DNA of 64,000 bases, taken from an uncultured Flavobacteriaceae bacterium. Lineage in GTDB: Bacteria > Bacteroidota > Bacteroidia > Flavobacteriales > Flavobacteriaceae. Where the stretch lies: the NCBI GenBank assembly GCA_963768245.1, contig CAVYHG010000021.1:34164-98163 (forward strand), given 5' to 3'. The translations under genes were made by a program, and so were the position numbers. Below are positions 1 to 11,836 of this stretch, piece after piece (position 1 is the first letter of the stretch; every line of letters starts with the position of its first letter). The notes beneath the pieces are model-generated. The model was not told the DNA's origin. It did no database searches and was given only the letters and a program-made list of their open reading frames with translations.

Positions 1-327
1 ATTTATCATGGCTTTAGTTAAAGCTTCACTGGATGCAAAATGAAAATAAGTGAATATAATTTGACCTGCCTTTGCTAAACTGTATTCAGGTTCTATTGGT
101 TCCTTAACCTTAACAATCATATCACTTTTAGCATAAACGTCCCCAATGTTAGGCAGAATAATAGCTCCTGTTTCAATGTACTCCTTATCTTCATAACCAC
201 TTGCTATTCCTGCACCTTCTTGCACATAAACAGTATGATTGTTATTCACTAATTCAAAGACGCCTGCAGGTGTTAATGCAACACGACTCTCATTGTTTTT
301 GATTTCTTTTGGAAGACCGACTATCAT
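1..327 (-). CDS. ald: alanine dehydrogenase, N-terminal part (gene runs off the left edge)
   Basis: My translation of the minus strand from the ATG at 325-327 gives MIVGLPKEIKNNESRVALTPAGVFELVNNNHTVYVQEGAGIASGY..., the classic Ald N-terminus. It is not in the ORF track because it is truncated. Confidence 0.85.
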   Translation of the reverse strand, partial: MIVGLPKEIKNNESRVALTPAGVFELVNNNHTVYVQEGAGIASGYEDKEYIETGAIILPNIGDVYAKSDMIVKVKEPIEPEYSLAKAGQIIFTYFHFASSEALTKAMIN

Positions 328-508
328 AATTTTTTGATTTTGGATTATAAAAGAAAAGAAAGGTGTTTAAAATTCAAACATAATATCCTGATTTTCGACA
401 AGTGTTGATTTTATGCTGATAAAAAAATTGAGCTACAACCTTTTATCGTCGTTATAAAGCATATTATATTTGGAAAAATCGATAATTAAGAGAAACTAAG
501 GAGCATAT

Positions 509-3500
509 TTAACCAACGATATTTACAATTTTACCAGGAACTACAATTACCTTTTTAGGTTCACGCCCTTTTAATTGTTCCTTTGTTTTATCGAATTCCA
601 ACACGGCTTTTTCAATATCTTCCTTACTCATGTCTAATGGCAACTCCATTGTGAAACGCATTTTACCATTAAAAGAGATTGGATAATTCTTGCTGCTTTC
701 TACCAAATGTTTTTCATCATAAACTGGAAAAGGAGCAGTAGAGATAGACTCATTATTTCCTAAAGAATTCCACAATTCTTCTGCAATATGTGGCGCATAA
801 GGTGATATAACAACCAATAAAGGTTCTAAAATTTCTTTGCTTGTACACTTTTGTGCAGTTAGCTCATTAGCTGCAATCATAAAGGTAGAAACAGAGGTAT
901 TGAAAGAGAAATTCTCGATATCTTCTTCTACTTTTTTGATGGTTTTATGTAAGTGTTTTTAAGATTGTCTTTTGTTGGTTCTGCATCATTTACTTTTAAA
1001 CCATTGTCATCAAAATATAATTTCCATAATTTTTTAAGGAAACTATGAACTCCAGTAATGCCAGCAGTATTCCAGGGTTTGTATTGCTCTAATGGCCCAA
1101 GAAACATTTCGTACAATCGTAAACTGTCTGCACCATACTGATGACAGATCTCGTCTGGATTCACGACATTGTATTTGGATTTGGACATTTTTTCGACGTC
1201 TCGTAAACGATATAAACGTCCATCTTCTAAAAATAATGAATCAGAATATTGTAAAGTTTTCAAAACCCTATCCTTGTCAACCTCATCAGTTGTTCCTACT
1301 AAAAGAGATATATCAAGGTTAGTTTTTATCAATTTATCTGAAGAATATTTTATATCAAGTTCTTCATGCTTTTCATTGAAAGACTTAATCCAATTATCCA
1401 CAAGAATATTACTCCCATTTTGCTTAATATCATCAAAAACATCTTTAGTTACAATTAAGCTTTTTGGAGCTTTAATAGCAGACTCAAGTTTTTTCTTATC
1501 TTTTAGAACCAAACTATTTCTATCAAGAAAAGAAGGGCTAACTTTAGTCTTAATGGTTAGAAGTAAAACATAAACAAAAGCACTCGTCCCAAGAATCATT
1601 CCTTGATTAATCAACTTTTTGGCATACTCATCAAAAGGGACCAAACCTTTATCAAACATGAATTTTTGCCAGAAACGAGAATACAATAAATGTCCTGTTG
1701 CATGTTCGCTACCACCAATGTATAAATCTACTTGTTGCCAATAGTTAATAGCTTCCTGCGAGAATATCTCCTCATTGTTATGAGGATCCATATATCGATT
1801 AAAATACTGCGAACTTCCAGCCCAACCTGGCATGGTGTTTAGTTCTAAAGGATAAACTCCGTTGTCTTGTTGAGACCCTTCGACTGCGCTCAGGGTGACA
1901 AGCTCGTTTGAAACTACTTTATTGTTTTTTGTATCCCAAGCCCAAACAGTTGCATTTCCTAAAGGTGGCTCACCTGTTTCGGTTGGTAAATATTTTTCAA
2001 CTTCTGGTAAGAGTAATTGGTAAATGTTTAGCATCAATCATTTGAGGCATACCATTTACATAATACACCGGGAAATGGTTCTCCCCAATATCGTTGTCTG
2101 CTGAAATACAGCATCACGCAATCTGTAATTGGTTTTTCCTTCACCTTGACCTAATTTGTTCCAACTCATAAATAGCACGTTTGGTTGCTTTTTTATAGTT
2201 CATTCCATTAATGAAATCACTATTAGCAATTATTGTATTGTCTTTATCTGCAAAGGCTTCTTCAGAAATATCTACACCTTCAAAAATATTAGGAATCGGA
2301 ATATTAAAATGTTTTGCAAAATCGTAATCACGTTGGTCACCACAAGGTACAGACATAACTGCTCCTGTTCCGTAACCAGCTAACACGTAATCGCCAATCC
2401 AGATTGGAATTGGTTCTTTTGTAAAAGGATGTTCTGCATAAGCACCTGTAAATGCACCAGAAATGTGTTTTACATCTGCCATTCTATCGCGTTCACTACG
2501 TTTTGCAGTTGCTACAATATAAGCTTCAACCTCATCCTTTTGTTCTATCTGTCACGATTTGTGACACTAATTCGTGTTCTGGAGCTAAGGTCATGAAAGA
2601 CACTCCAAAAATTGTGTCAGGTCTTGTTGTGAAGACTTCTATTTGGTGAGATGCTTCGACAGGCTCAGCATGACAATCGTTTTCATTATTGGCTAAGACA
2701 TTAAATGTTACACTTGCTCCAACCGATTTTCCAATCCAGTTACGCTGACTTTCTTTTAGATGAATCTGTCCAATCAATAGTATCTAAACCTTGAAGTAAA
2801 CGTTCTGCATAAGCAGAAATTCGCATACTCCATTGAGTCATTTTTTTTCGAACTACAGGATGTCCACCACGTTCGGAAACTCCATTTACTATTTCATCAT
2901 TTGCCAAAACAGTTCCTAAAGCTGGACACCAGTTAACTTCGGTTTCAGCTAAATAAGTTAATCTATATTGTAATAATATTTCTTGTTGTTTTTCTGATGA
3001 AAATGAATTCCATTCATCCGCAGTAAATGATTCAACATCATCATCACAAACTGCATTTACATTTGCATTTCCATCGGCAGAAAATACTTTTATCAATTCT
3101 GAAATATCTTCAGCTTTATCACTTTCATTATTATACCAAGAGTTGAATAATTGAATGAAAATCCACTGTGTCCACTTGTAATATTTAGGGTCAGATGTTC
3201 TTACTTCACGAGACCAATCAAACGAAAATCCGATTTGATCTAACTGACGACGATATGTTTTTATATTGGCTTCAGTTGTGATGGCTGGATGCTGACCAGT
3301 TTGAATGGCATATTGTTCAGCAGGCAATCCGAAGCTATCATAGCCCATCGGATGCAACACATTAAACCCTTTATGTCGTTTATACCGCGCATAAATATCA
3401 GATGCAATATAACCTAATGGATGACCAACATGCAATCCTGCTCCACTTGGATAAGGGAACATATCCAATACATAGTACTTAGGCTTGTCCGATTTGTTTT

Positions 3501-3573
3501 CGGCCTTAAATGTTTGGTTATCTGCCCAATACTTTTGCCATTTGGCTTCAATCTCGTTGAAATGGTATTTCAT
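509..3573 (-). pseudogene. leuS: leucyl-tRNA synthetase, frame-broken at 4 or more sites
   Basis: Five consecutive minus-strand fragments (509-880, 928-2037, 2141-2482, 2532-2777, 2740-3573) read colinearly as class-I LeuRS. Signatures: N-terminus [20 protein letters not shown]-type LHVGHP, KMSKS as VEKMSKSKYN. Confidence 0.9.
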
Positions 3574-3732
3574 TCGTATTCATTTATGAAGTGGCAAATT
3601 TACGTTTTATTGTACTAACGAGAAAACGTTTGCATTTTAAATAGTTGACATATGCAGCAAGAAAAAATAGCATATAAATAATAGGAAATCGTATTAAAGT
3701 AAGTTAATATTACTCTTTTAAAGCTACCAATT

Positions 3733-4668
3733 TTGCAATTTAAAAATAACATCTTCAGAGCACATTTGGCTTTATTTGGCGCCAACGTGATATATGGTGC
3801 AAACTACATAATTGCAAAAGGTATTATGCCTCATAAAATTGGTCCTTCGGCATTTATTTTAATTAGAGTGATTATTGGAGGACTTTTATTCTGGTTTGTA
3901 AAACAGTTTATAAAAGAAAAACTGGAGAAAAAGGATATCCTTCGATTGGCTGCCTGTGGATTTTTAGGTGTTGCAGCTAACCAGTTATTATTTTTTCATG
4001 GTTTAAACCTTACTTCCCCAATCGATGCATCCATTATTATTACATCTGTTCCTGTAATGGTGATGATTTTTAGTTTTTTTATTTTGAAGGAAAAATTCAC
4101 TTCCAACAAATTGTTAGGACTAATAATTGGAGGTCTTGGTGCTTTTTTTTTAGTTTGGTATGGAAAAAGTGCAGAAGGTACAAGCTCACTACTTGGTAAC
4201 TTATTTGTGTTTCTAAATACTTGTTCCTATGCTTTATACTTAATTTTTGTAAAACCATTGATGAAAAAATATAAGCCAATTACTGTTATAAGTTGGGTGT
4301 TTCTGTTTGGACTTATATTTGTCCTCCCGATTGGAATTCAGGATTTGATTTCTACTGATTTTTCATCATTCGACCTTAGCACTTTGCTTGCTATTGGTTA
4401 CGTTGTTCTGTTTACCACTTTTTTAGCATATTTTTTCAATATTTATGGTTTAAGCCAAGTTTCACCAACTGTTACAAGTAGTTATGCTTATGTGCAACCT
4501 GTTGTTAGTTTTATACTGGTTAGCCTTTATGCTTATTTATATGTACAAAGTGAATACTCAGAAGACATTAATTCCTTAAAAATTGTTAGTTGTATTTTAG
4601 TTGTGATTGGTGTATACTTGATAAGTAAACCTGAAAAAAAATCAACTCAACCTCAAATTGATAATTGA
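3733..4668 (+). CDS. EamA/DMT-family permease
   Basis: 311-aa intact ORF (TTG start in the track), about 10 hydrophobic segments, typical double EamA-repeat architecture. Confidence 0.75.
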   Translation: MQFKNNIFRAHLALFGANVIYGANYIIAKGIMPHKIGPSAFILIRVIIGGLLFWFVKQFIKEKLEKKDILRLAACGFLGVAANQLLFFHGLNLTSPIDASIIITSVPVMVMIFSFFILKEKFTSNKLLGLIIGGLGAFFLVWYGKSAEGTSSLLGNLFVFLNTCSYALYLIFVKPLMKKYKPITVISWVFLFGLIFVLPIGIQDLISTDFSSFDLSTLLAIGYVVLFTTFLAYFFNIYGLSQVSPTVTSSYAYVQPVVSFILVSLYAYLYVQSEYSEDINSLKIVSCILVVIGVYLISKPEKKSTQPQIDN

Positions 4669-4751
4669 TTTACAACAATGTTCATATGTTTAAGTTATTA
4701 TAAATGATAATCGAAAATTACTTTTTATTTTTACATCGTTAATAAAAATCC

Positions 4752-5630
4752 ATGAGTGCATCATTTGATAAATATCAAAAGCGTAAATTAATTTCGTCCT
4801 ATTTTTCTGTTATTATAAGTATTGCTTTGGTACTATTCTTACTCGGCTTACTTGGTATGCTTGTCCTTAATGCTAAAACCATTTCTGATAACTTTAAGGA
4901 GCAGGTAGTAATGACCATATATCTAAGTGATACTGCTAAACAGGTAGAGGTTAATCAGCTGGAAAAAAGCTTAGCCATGTCTGATTATGTGAAAACTACT
5001 CAATATGTTTCAAAGGAAGATGCGGCTGCCATGATGAAAGATGAATATGGAGAAGATTTTTTAGATGATGTTGGTTATAACCCATTACAAAATTCAATTG
5101 ATATTCACTTAAAGGCTGATTTTGTAACCGAGCAGTATTTAGATAGTATATCTAATACTAACTCATCTAAAAAGTTTGTTGAAGAAGTCCGATACGATAA
5201 AGATCTGGTATCCATAATGAATAATAACGTTAGACGTATAAGCCTTTGGATATTGGTGATAAGTGCCATATTTACTTTAATTGCTGTTTTACTTATTAAT
5301 AGTTCGATAAGACTTGCAGTTTACTCAAAACGATTTATTATTAAAACCATGCAAATGGTTGGTGCAACCAAGAAATTCATAAGGAGACCTTTTATTTGGA
5401 AAAGTGTAAGATTAGGTATTATTGGATCTATTCTGGCTCTTATTGGAATGGCTGTCGTATTTTATTATATAAATCTATCCTTTCCGGAAATTGAACTGCT
5501 AAATAATCCCATTTTAGTTGGTTCTTTATTTCTTGGTATTTTTAGTCTGGGAATTCTAATCACTTGGATTTCAACATTTTTTGCCACACAACGATACCTA
5601 AATTTAAAAACAGATCATTTGTATTATTAA
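4752..5630 (+). CDS. ftsX: FtsX-like cell-division permease
   Basis: 292 aa. One N-terminal TM segment, a large periplasmic loop and three C-terminal TM segments. Conserved flavobacterial context ftsX-DUF3098-uppP-truB. Confidence 0.8.
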   Translation: MSASFDKYQKRKLISSYFSVIISIALVLFLLGLLGMLVLNAKTISDNFKEQVVMTIYLSDTAKQVEVNQLEKSLAMSDYVKTTQYVSKEDAAAMMKDEYGEDFLDDVGYNPLQNSIDIHLKADFVTEQYLDSISNTNSSKKFVEEVRYDKDLVSIMNNNVRRISLWILVISAIFTLIAVLLINSSIRLAVYSKRFIIKTMQMVGATKKFIRRPFIWKSVRLGIIGSILALIGMAVVFYYINLSFPEIELLNNPILVGSLFLGIFSLGILITWISTFFATQRYLNLKTDHLYY

Positions 5631-5634
5631 GGAC

Positions 5635-5979
5635 ATGAGAAAGTTATTTTTATACTTTACCATATTTATTTTAGTATGTGTCTGTACATATAGTTGTGTT
5701 ATTCAAAATCCAAAACCAGAGGAATGTTATGTACAAACTGAAACTATTATTAGCATAAGAGAAGGTTCAACTTTTGATATTGTATTTAGCGATACTCATG
5801 GAGATCATTATTATATTAACAGAGGTCTTGAGATGGGATTAAATTTAGATTCTCTTAACGCAAAAGTTTTAAATAAAACTGTTACTTTGCATTTACCTAA
5901 ACTGTTAGGTGGTTTGGTAACCTCAGAACATATTGCACAGTTACAAGTTGGAGAGGAAATTATTTTTACTGAATTTTAA
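5635..5979 (+). CDS. hypothetical exported protein / lipoprotein
   Basis: 114-aa ORF starting 4 nt after the ftsX stop. Hydrophobic N-terminal signal ending ...CVCTYSC. No family recognised. Confidence 0.45.
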   Translation: MRKLFLYFTIFILVCVCTYSCVIQNPKPEECYVQTETIISIREGSTFDIVFSDTHGDHYYINRGLEMGLNLDSLNAKVLNKTVTLHLPKLLGGLVTSEHIAQLQVGEEIIFTEF

Positions 5980-5986
5980 TTGAAAA

Positions 5987-6244
5987 ATGGGCGAAAAAAA
6001 ACGAAAAGAAGAGAATAAAACCGAGTTTATTTTTGGCAGACGAAATTATAAATTCATGTTCATAGGTTTAGCATTTATAGCCATAGGATTCATTTTAATG
6101 TCTGGTGGAGGAAGTGATGATCCAAATGTATTTAATCCACAGATCTTTAGTTGGAGGAGAATTCGATTAGCTCCTACTTTAGTTTTAATTGGATTTGCAT
6201 TTCAGATCTATGCAATCTTATTAAATCCTAAGAAAAAGGATTAA
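5987..6244 (+). CDS. DUF3098 small membrane protein
   Basis: 85 aa, basic N-terminus plus two TM helices (FMFIGLAFIAIGFILM, LAPTLVLIGFAFQIYAILL). Usual position downstream of ftsX in Flavobacteriia. Confidence 0.65.
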   Translation: MGEKKRKEENKTEFIFGRRNYKFMFIGLAFIAIGFILMSGGGSDDPNVFNPQIFSWRRIRLAPTLVLIGFAFQIYAILLNPKKKD

Positions 6245-6255
6245 ATATCAACTTT

Positions 6256-7386
6256 CTATTTGTCTTTTAGTTTTTTGGCGAAATTTTGAGCCATTACATA
6301 TACATATTTATAACTATTGGAAATGGCATCATCAAAATTATTAGCGCGATTCATGACTTCATCGATGTAAGAAATCCCAAATTTCATTAGTTCGTCTTCA
6401 TTCAATTCTGATTTTCCGCAGAATGCTGCAACTTTTATATTGTTCTGTTCAGCAGATTCCATTACCCCTTTAATAGTTTTCCCTGATAATGTCTGATCAT
6501 CCAATTTCCCTTCACCAGTAATAACCCAATCGGCATCTTTAATTTGGTTGTCAAAATCAATTAAATCTTTAACTAAATCAATTCCAGATTTTAATTCTGC
6601 ATTCAAAAACACTAATGAACCGGCTCCCATACCTCCTGCAGCTCCTGCTCCATTTATATTTTGAACATCTATATCAAATTGCTTTTTAAAAATGTTTGCT
6701 ATATTTCTTAACCCTCTGTCTAACTCATTAATTTCATTTTCAGAAGCTCCTTTTTGTGGACCGTAAACATAAGCTGCTCCTTTTTCTCCATATAAAGGAT
6801 TTGTAACATCGCAGGCAACTTTAAAATCAATAGATTTTAATGCCTCAATTACATTAGCAGTATTAATTGTTTTGATATGAGATAAATTCTTGCCAATAGA
6901 ACTAAGCTGTTTACCATTTTTATCTTCAAACTTAAAGCCTAAAGCAGTTGCCATTCCCATTCCACAATCGTTAGTTGCACTACCTCCAATTCCAAGAATA
7001 ATGGTTTTAGCGCCTCTACTAATAGAATCCAAAATAAGTTCACCTGTACCTAAAGTCGTGGTGTGAAAACAATTTTGCTCATCAGGTTTTAAGAGATACA
7101 TTCCTGAAGCCTCGGCCATTTCAATAAAAGCTGTATCAATTGTATCCATATATAAATAAGACGCTTCAATCTTTCTTAATAATGGGTCGTTAACTTTTAC
7201 CGTAACACGCCTTCCTTTTAGATGATAATCTAAAATCTCAATAGTTCCGTCGCCTCCATCAGATAATGGCAACTTAATAATTTCAGCTTTTGGAAAAACT
7301 TCTTTAATGCCTTTTTCTGCCGCAGCACAAAATTGTAACCCTGTTAAAGAGCCTTTAAACTTATCTGGTGCTAGTACTATTTTCAC
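6256..7386 (-). CDS. glxK: glycerate kinase
   Basis: 376 aa intact. N-terminus MKIVLAPDKFKGSLTGLQFC and DGGDGT motif typical of the glycerate kinase family. Confidence 0.85.
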   Translation of the reverse strand: MKIVLAPDKFKGSLTGLQFCAAAEKGIKEVFPKAEIIKLPLSDGGDGTIEILDYHLKGRRVTVKVNDPLLRKIEASYLYMDTIDTAFIEMAEASGMYLLKPDEQNCFHTTTLGTGELILDSISRGAKTIILGIGGSATNDCGMGMATALGFKFEDKNGKQLSSIGKNLSHIKTINTANVIEALKSIDFKVACDVTNPLYGEKGAAYVYGPQKGASENEINELDRGLRNIANIFKKQFDIDVQNINGAGAAGGMGAGSLVFLNAELKSGIDLVKDLIDFDNQIKDADWVITGEGKLDDQTLSGKTIKGVMESAEQNNIKVAAFCGKSELNEDELMKFGISYIDEVMNRANNFDDAISNSYKYVYVMAQNFAKKLKDK

Positions 7387-7434
7387 GGTACAAAATATAT
7401 TTTATTATTTTTAGCATAACACAAATATAGTTTA

Positions 7435-8757
7435 ATGCAAATATTAATCGCTTTGGTAGTAGTGGTAATCTTAATGGTAATTGCTGCCTCTAAATTTAAA
7501 TTTCATCCTTTTCTATCGCTATTATTGGCTGCTATAGTCATGGGCTTTGTTGGAGGATTAGATCAATCTGAAGTAACAAAAACTTTAATGAATGGTTTTG
7601 GCAAAACACTTGGTAGTATTGGAATTATTATTGCATTTGGAACTATAATTGGAGCTTATCTGGAAAAAAGTGGAGGTGCTAAAACCCTTGCTAATTGGGC
7701 ATTGAAAACAATTGGTAAAAAGCATTCCATTCTAGCTATGAACATAACAGGATTCATTGTTTCTATTCCTGTTTATTGCGATTCCGGCTTTATTATTCTT
7801 TCGTCTTTGAACAAAGCTATCAGCAAAAGTTCAAAAATTCCGTTAGCAGTTTTAGGTGTGTCTTTAGCTGCCGGATTATATGCAACGCATGTATTTGTGC
7901 CTCCAACTCCAGGACCATTAGCTGCTACAGCTGCCTTGGATGCCGACCTGGGACTAGTAATTCTGCTCGGACTGGTCGTTGCCATTCCAGTTGCTTTGTC
8001 GGGTTATTTCTGGGCGAAAATCCTTGAAAAACGTATCGATTATGTTTCCAATGACATAAAAGAAGTGGAAATTGTTAATGAAAGATTACCTAAAACAAGT
8101 ATATCATTTCTTCCAATTATTATACCTATAATTCTAATCGCCTTAAAATCAATTTCCAGCTACCCAACACATCCCTTTGGCGAAGGAGTAATTGCAGGTA
8201 TTTTTGACTTTATAGGGAATCCGATAATTGCATTATTCGTTGGAGTATTTATTGCGTTCAAACTAAAACCAAGAAAGAGTAAAGAAACCCATTTTAATTG
8301 GGTAAGTAAGGGATTGCAGGAAGCTGGAACAATTATTTTAATAACTGGTGCTGGAGGGGCATTTGGAGCTATTCTTCAATCTACTGGTTTAGGAGACATT
8401 ATCGGAGATAGTTTTTCGGATTTAAATCTAGGATTGCTTTTACCTTTCATAATTGCAGCAACTCTAAAATCGGCACAAGGATCCTCAACAGTCTCAATAA
8501 TTACAACAGCCGCAATAATGGCTCCAATTTTAGAATCTTTCGGATTAGATTCGTCATTGGGCAGAGCTTTAACTGTATTATCAATTGGTGCTGGAGCAAT
8601 GACCGTATCACATTTGAATGATAGTTTTTTCTGGGTAGTTGCTCAATTTTCTGAAATGAACACTACAACGGCATTAAGAAGTCAAACTGTTTCAACTTTG
8701 ATCCAAGGATTAACAGGAATTATCATCGTTTTGATCATTGGATGGATATTTATATAA
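7435..8757 (+). CDS. GntP-family (gluconate/glycerate-type) permease
   Basis: 440 aa intact, polytopic, GntP-like sequence throughout. Divergent from glxK with only 48 bp between the two start codons. Confidence 0.8.
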   Translation: MQILIALVVVVILMVIAASKFKFHPFLSLLLAAIVMGFVGGLDQSEVTKTLMNGFGKTLGSIGIIIAFGTIIGAYLEKSGGAKTLANWALKTIGKKHSILAMNITGFIVSIPVYCDSGFIILSSLNKAISKSSKIPLAVLGVSLAAGLYATHVFVPPTPGPLAATAALDADLGLVILLGLVVAIPVALSGYFWAKILEKRIDYVSNDIKEVEIVNERLPKTSISFLPIIIPIILIALKSISSYPTHPFGEGVIAGIFDFIGNPIIALFVGVFIAFKLKPRKSKETHFNWVSKGLQEAGTIILITGAGGAFGAILQSTGLGDIIGDSFSDLNLGLLLPFIIAATLKSAQGSSTVSIITTAAIMAPILESFGLDSSLGRALTVLSIGAGAMTVSHLNDSFFWVVAQFSEMNTTTALRSQTVSTLIQGLTGIIIVLIIGWIFI

Positions 8758-8805
8758 ATCACAAAAAAATATTTATAGATACGTCATTTTTGATACTTTT
8801 GCCTT

Positions 8806-9602
8806 ATGGAAATTATTGATGCTATTATCCTTGGAATTGTTCAGGGCTTAACAGAGTTTTTACCTGTCTCTTCAAGTGGTCATCTGGAATTAGGCAAAGC
8901 TATTCTTGGAGATAAGTCTGTACCAAATGATAGTCTTTTATTTACAGTAGTTTTACATTTTGCTACTGCATTGAGCACAATTGTAGTTTTTAGAAAAGAT
9001 ATCATTCATATTTTAAAAGGATTATTCACGTCTAAATGGAATGAAGACAAAAAGTTTGCAACAAAAATTATAATTTCCATGATCCCGGCGGCTGTTGTTG
9101 GATTTACTTACGAATCTCGAATTTGCACAGCTTTTTGGTGGCAATTTGCTTCTTGTTGGAACGATGTTGATAATAACCGGATTGTTATTGTATCTGGCTG
9201 ATAAAGCAAAAAACACCAAAAAAAAGTATCCTATAAAGATGCCATTATAATTGGAATTGCACAGGCTATCGCTATGCTTCCCGGAATTTCCAGGTCAGGA
9301 GCAACTATATCGACTTCTGTATTATTAGGCGATGACAAAGCCAAGGCTGCTCGTTTTTCATTTTTAATGGTCGTTCCCTTGATCTTAGGAAAGATTGCAA
9401 AGGATTTTATAACTGGTGAAATAAGTTATGAAAGCGATAATTTCACTGCATTATCTGATTGGATTTATTGCAGCATTTTTCTCAGGATTATTGGCTTGTA
9501 CATGGATGATTTCATTAGTAAAAAAGAGCAAATTGATCTTACTTCGCTATTTACTGTTTTATAGTTGGTTTTGTTACCATTTTATTAACTTTTTCAAATT
9601 AA
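8806..9602 (+). pseudogene. uppP: undecaprenyl-diphosphate phosphatase, frame-broken (3 or more sites)
   Basis: Fragments 8806-9201 and 9274-9564 plus further frames. Signatures EFLPVSSSGHL and [13 protein letters not shown]. My re-framing recovers [29 protein letters not shown] and a C-terminus ending ...ILLTFSN. Confidence 0.85.
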
Positions 9603-9603
9603 C

Positions 9604-10307
9604 ATGACAACTAACGAAGATTTCCTTTCTGGAAAAATCATTATTAATTGATAAGCCATTAAATTGGACATCATTCCAAGTCGTTAATAAATTACGATGG
9701 AAGATCAAAAAAACATTTAACCTTAAAAAAATAAAAGTAGGTCATGCAGGCACTTTAGATCCATTGGCCACAGGTTTATTAATTCTTTGTACCGGAAAAA
9801 TGACCAAACAAATCGACAGTTTTCAAGGTCAGGATAAAGAGTATACGGGAACAATTTATTTAGGCAGCACAACACCTTCGTTTGATATGGAAACTGAAGT
9901 GAATCAAACATTCCCAACAGACCATATTACCGAAGATCAAATTCATAAGACTACTAAACAATTTATTGGTACAATTGATCAAATTCCACCTGTTTTTTCT
10001 GCCGTTAAAAAAGATGGTAAACGATTATATGAATTTGCAAGAGCTGGTGAAGAAGTTGAGATCAAATCCAGAAAAATTACGATTCACGAGTTTGAAATTA
10101 TTAAAATTGATAAAAACCAGCTTTCATTTAGAGTGGTTTGCAGTAAAGGAACTTATATCCGTTCACTTAGTTCATGATTTTGGAAAAGCTCTAAATTCCG
10201 GAGCTTATTTATCATCCTTAAGACGAACCAAAATAGGTGAATTTAAAGTCGAAGATGCTCAGTCCATAGAGGAGTTCATTCAGACCATAGACGTCCATTC
10301 AAATTAA
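9604..10307 (+). pseudogene. truB: tRNA pseudouridine(55) synthase, frame-broken
   Basis: ATG at 9604, then a shift to LLIDKPLNWTSFQVV... and GHAGTLDPLATGLLILCTGK (catalytic Asp motif). Fragments 9764-10177 and 9966-10307 overlap in different frames. Confidence 0.85.
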
Positions 10308-10362
10308 AATAACGTATATAAAGTAGCTTAATTAGTATAAATTTTGTTATTTTTCAATCCTA

Positions 10363-11132
10363 TTGACGTTAATATCACAACATAAAGCCCTAATAATAAC
10401 CACTTTAATTGCCGGAATTATAGTGTTAATGCTATTTAATTTTCACCTATCTCAAAATATGGCGTTAATTACAGAAAGTTATTATGAACTGGAGCCTGAA
10501 GAACAAATAAAAGAGGAATTAGAAAAACAAGAATTAATTCCCAGTACTTCTAAGCAAACCAATCTAGCTTTTAATGAATCTCAGAATTTAAAAGACCTTG
10601 ATGATGATTATTTAAATAAGATCAAGGAGCACTATGATAAATATGCTAAATCAACGCAAACCGAAGAAACTACTCAAAAAGATGTCGAGGCTTTAAAAAA
10701 TCTGGAATCAGAAAACACTGAATCCGATGATGAAGCTTTATCAACTTACAACAAAATAAATAGTTTACTTGCTTCAAAGGCAAAAAATCAGCAATCTACA
10801 GCTAGTAAGGAGATAATTCTTCAGAAGAAATTAGCATTACAAAAGGCGCGAACAAAAATAGTACAATGTCTTATTCACTTGTAGGCAGAACACATCAATT
10901 TTTACCGACGCCAATTTATTTGTGTGAAAAAGGAGGTATAATTATTATTACAATAACAGTTAATAATCTTGGAAAAGTAATTGAAGCCTCTGTTAATGGT
11001 TCTTCTACGTCATCAAATGAATGTTTAATAGATCATGCTCTGGAATATGCCAGAAATGCACGATTTAGTGAAGATCCTTCAAAAGACTCTCAGATTGGGA
11101 CCATCTCTTTTAACTTTATAGGCAAATATTAA
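10363..11132 (+). pseudogene. membrane-anchored acidic protein with TonB-C-like C-terminal domain, one frame break near 10860
   Basis: Fragments 10363-10884 and 10866-11132. N-terminal TM helix, an E/K/D-rich linker, and a C-terminal about 85 aa (YSLVGRTHQFLPTPIYLCEKGG...IGTISFNFIGKY) resembling TonB_C-like folds. Confidence 0.4.
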
Positions 11133-11748
11133 TCGTTCAGAAGTTTCTCAAGATCTGATATGGTTGTCTGCCCTTTATCCTTATTATACCAAATTTGTAA
11201 ATCCTGCTTAAAATCCGGAGTTAGACTGCCGTACTTTTCTTTATAATCGTTCACTAATTTAGTAGCCTCAGAAGGTCTCGGCCCAAACGTATTTACAACT
11301 TTTCCTGTTTCCTTATCTATAGCAATTAATTTCGGAATGGCTTTGGCTCCATTAGTTAAATAGCCGTTCATCAGGTCTTCATTTTCATCTCTTAAAACAA
11401 GTCTTAGATCAATACCATCATTAAGATCAGCAATCTTGTTAATAACAGGTATTACATGTGCTGCATCACCACACCAACTTTCAGTTAGAACAAGCCATGT
11501 AATTCTTTATTAAATTGTTTGATTTTTTCTCTAGAGTCGTCAGATATTTTTAAGGTTTTATCCCAACGCTTCATTCGCCTATCATTTAGCCTAGTGTATT
11601 CTGCTAAAACTTCTGTTTTTTCGTTACCAGTAGTTGAGTTTTGAACTACCAATTCTTCAACAAGTTTTCTATATTCTTTATAGCTGTAACTACTTGTTAG
11701 ACTTTTTTCAATGATTTTATTTATTTCTATATCCTGCAAGATTTCCAT
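11129..11748 (-). pseudogene. thioredoxin-fold family protein, one frame break near 11490
   Basis: Fragments 11485-11748 and 11129-11371. My translation between them gives LTESWCGDAAHVIPVINKIADL (SWCGDA thioredoxin-like motif). Confidence 0.6.
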
Positions 11749-11836
11749 TTGTAAATTTTTGACAAAATTAATTTTTATTATATTCCTTTATGGTAACATA
11801 GATTACATTAGTAGAACTATTTTATTAACCTTACAA

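Noticed and set aside
1092-1573. Antisense ORFs inside leuS. Similar shadow ORFs occur at 7773-8027, 13211-13932, 23495-23875, 25334-25516, 49861-50169, 58294-58533, 59068-59298 and 62365-62688.
   Set aside because: They lie entirely inside strong, recognisable genes on the opposite strand. They have low-complexity or biased composition and no recognisable family, which is typical of spurious ORFs in AT-rich DNA.
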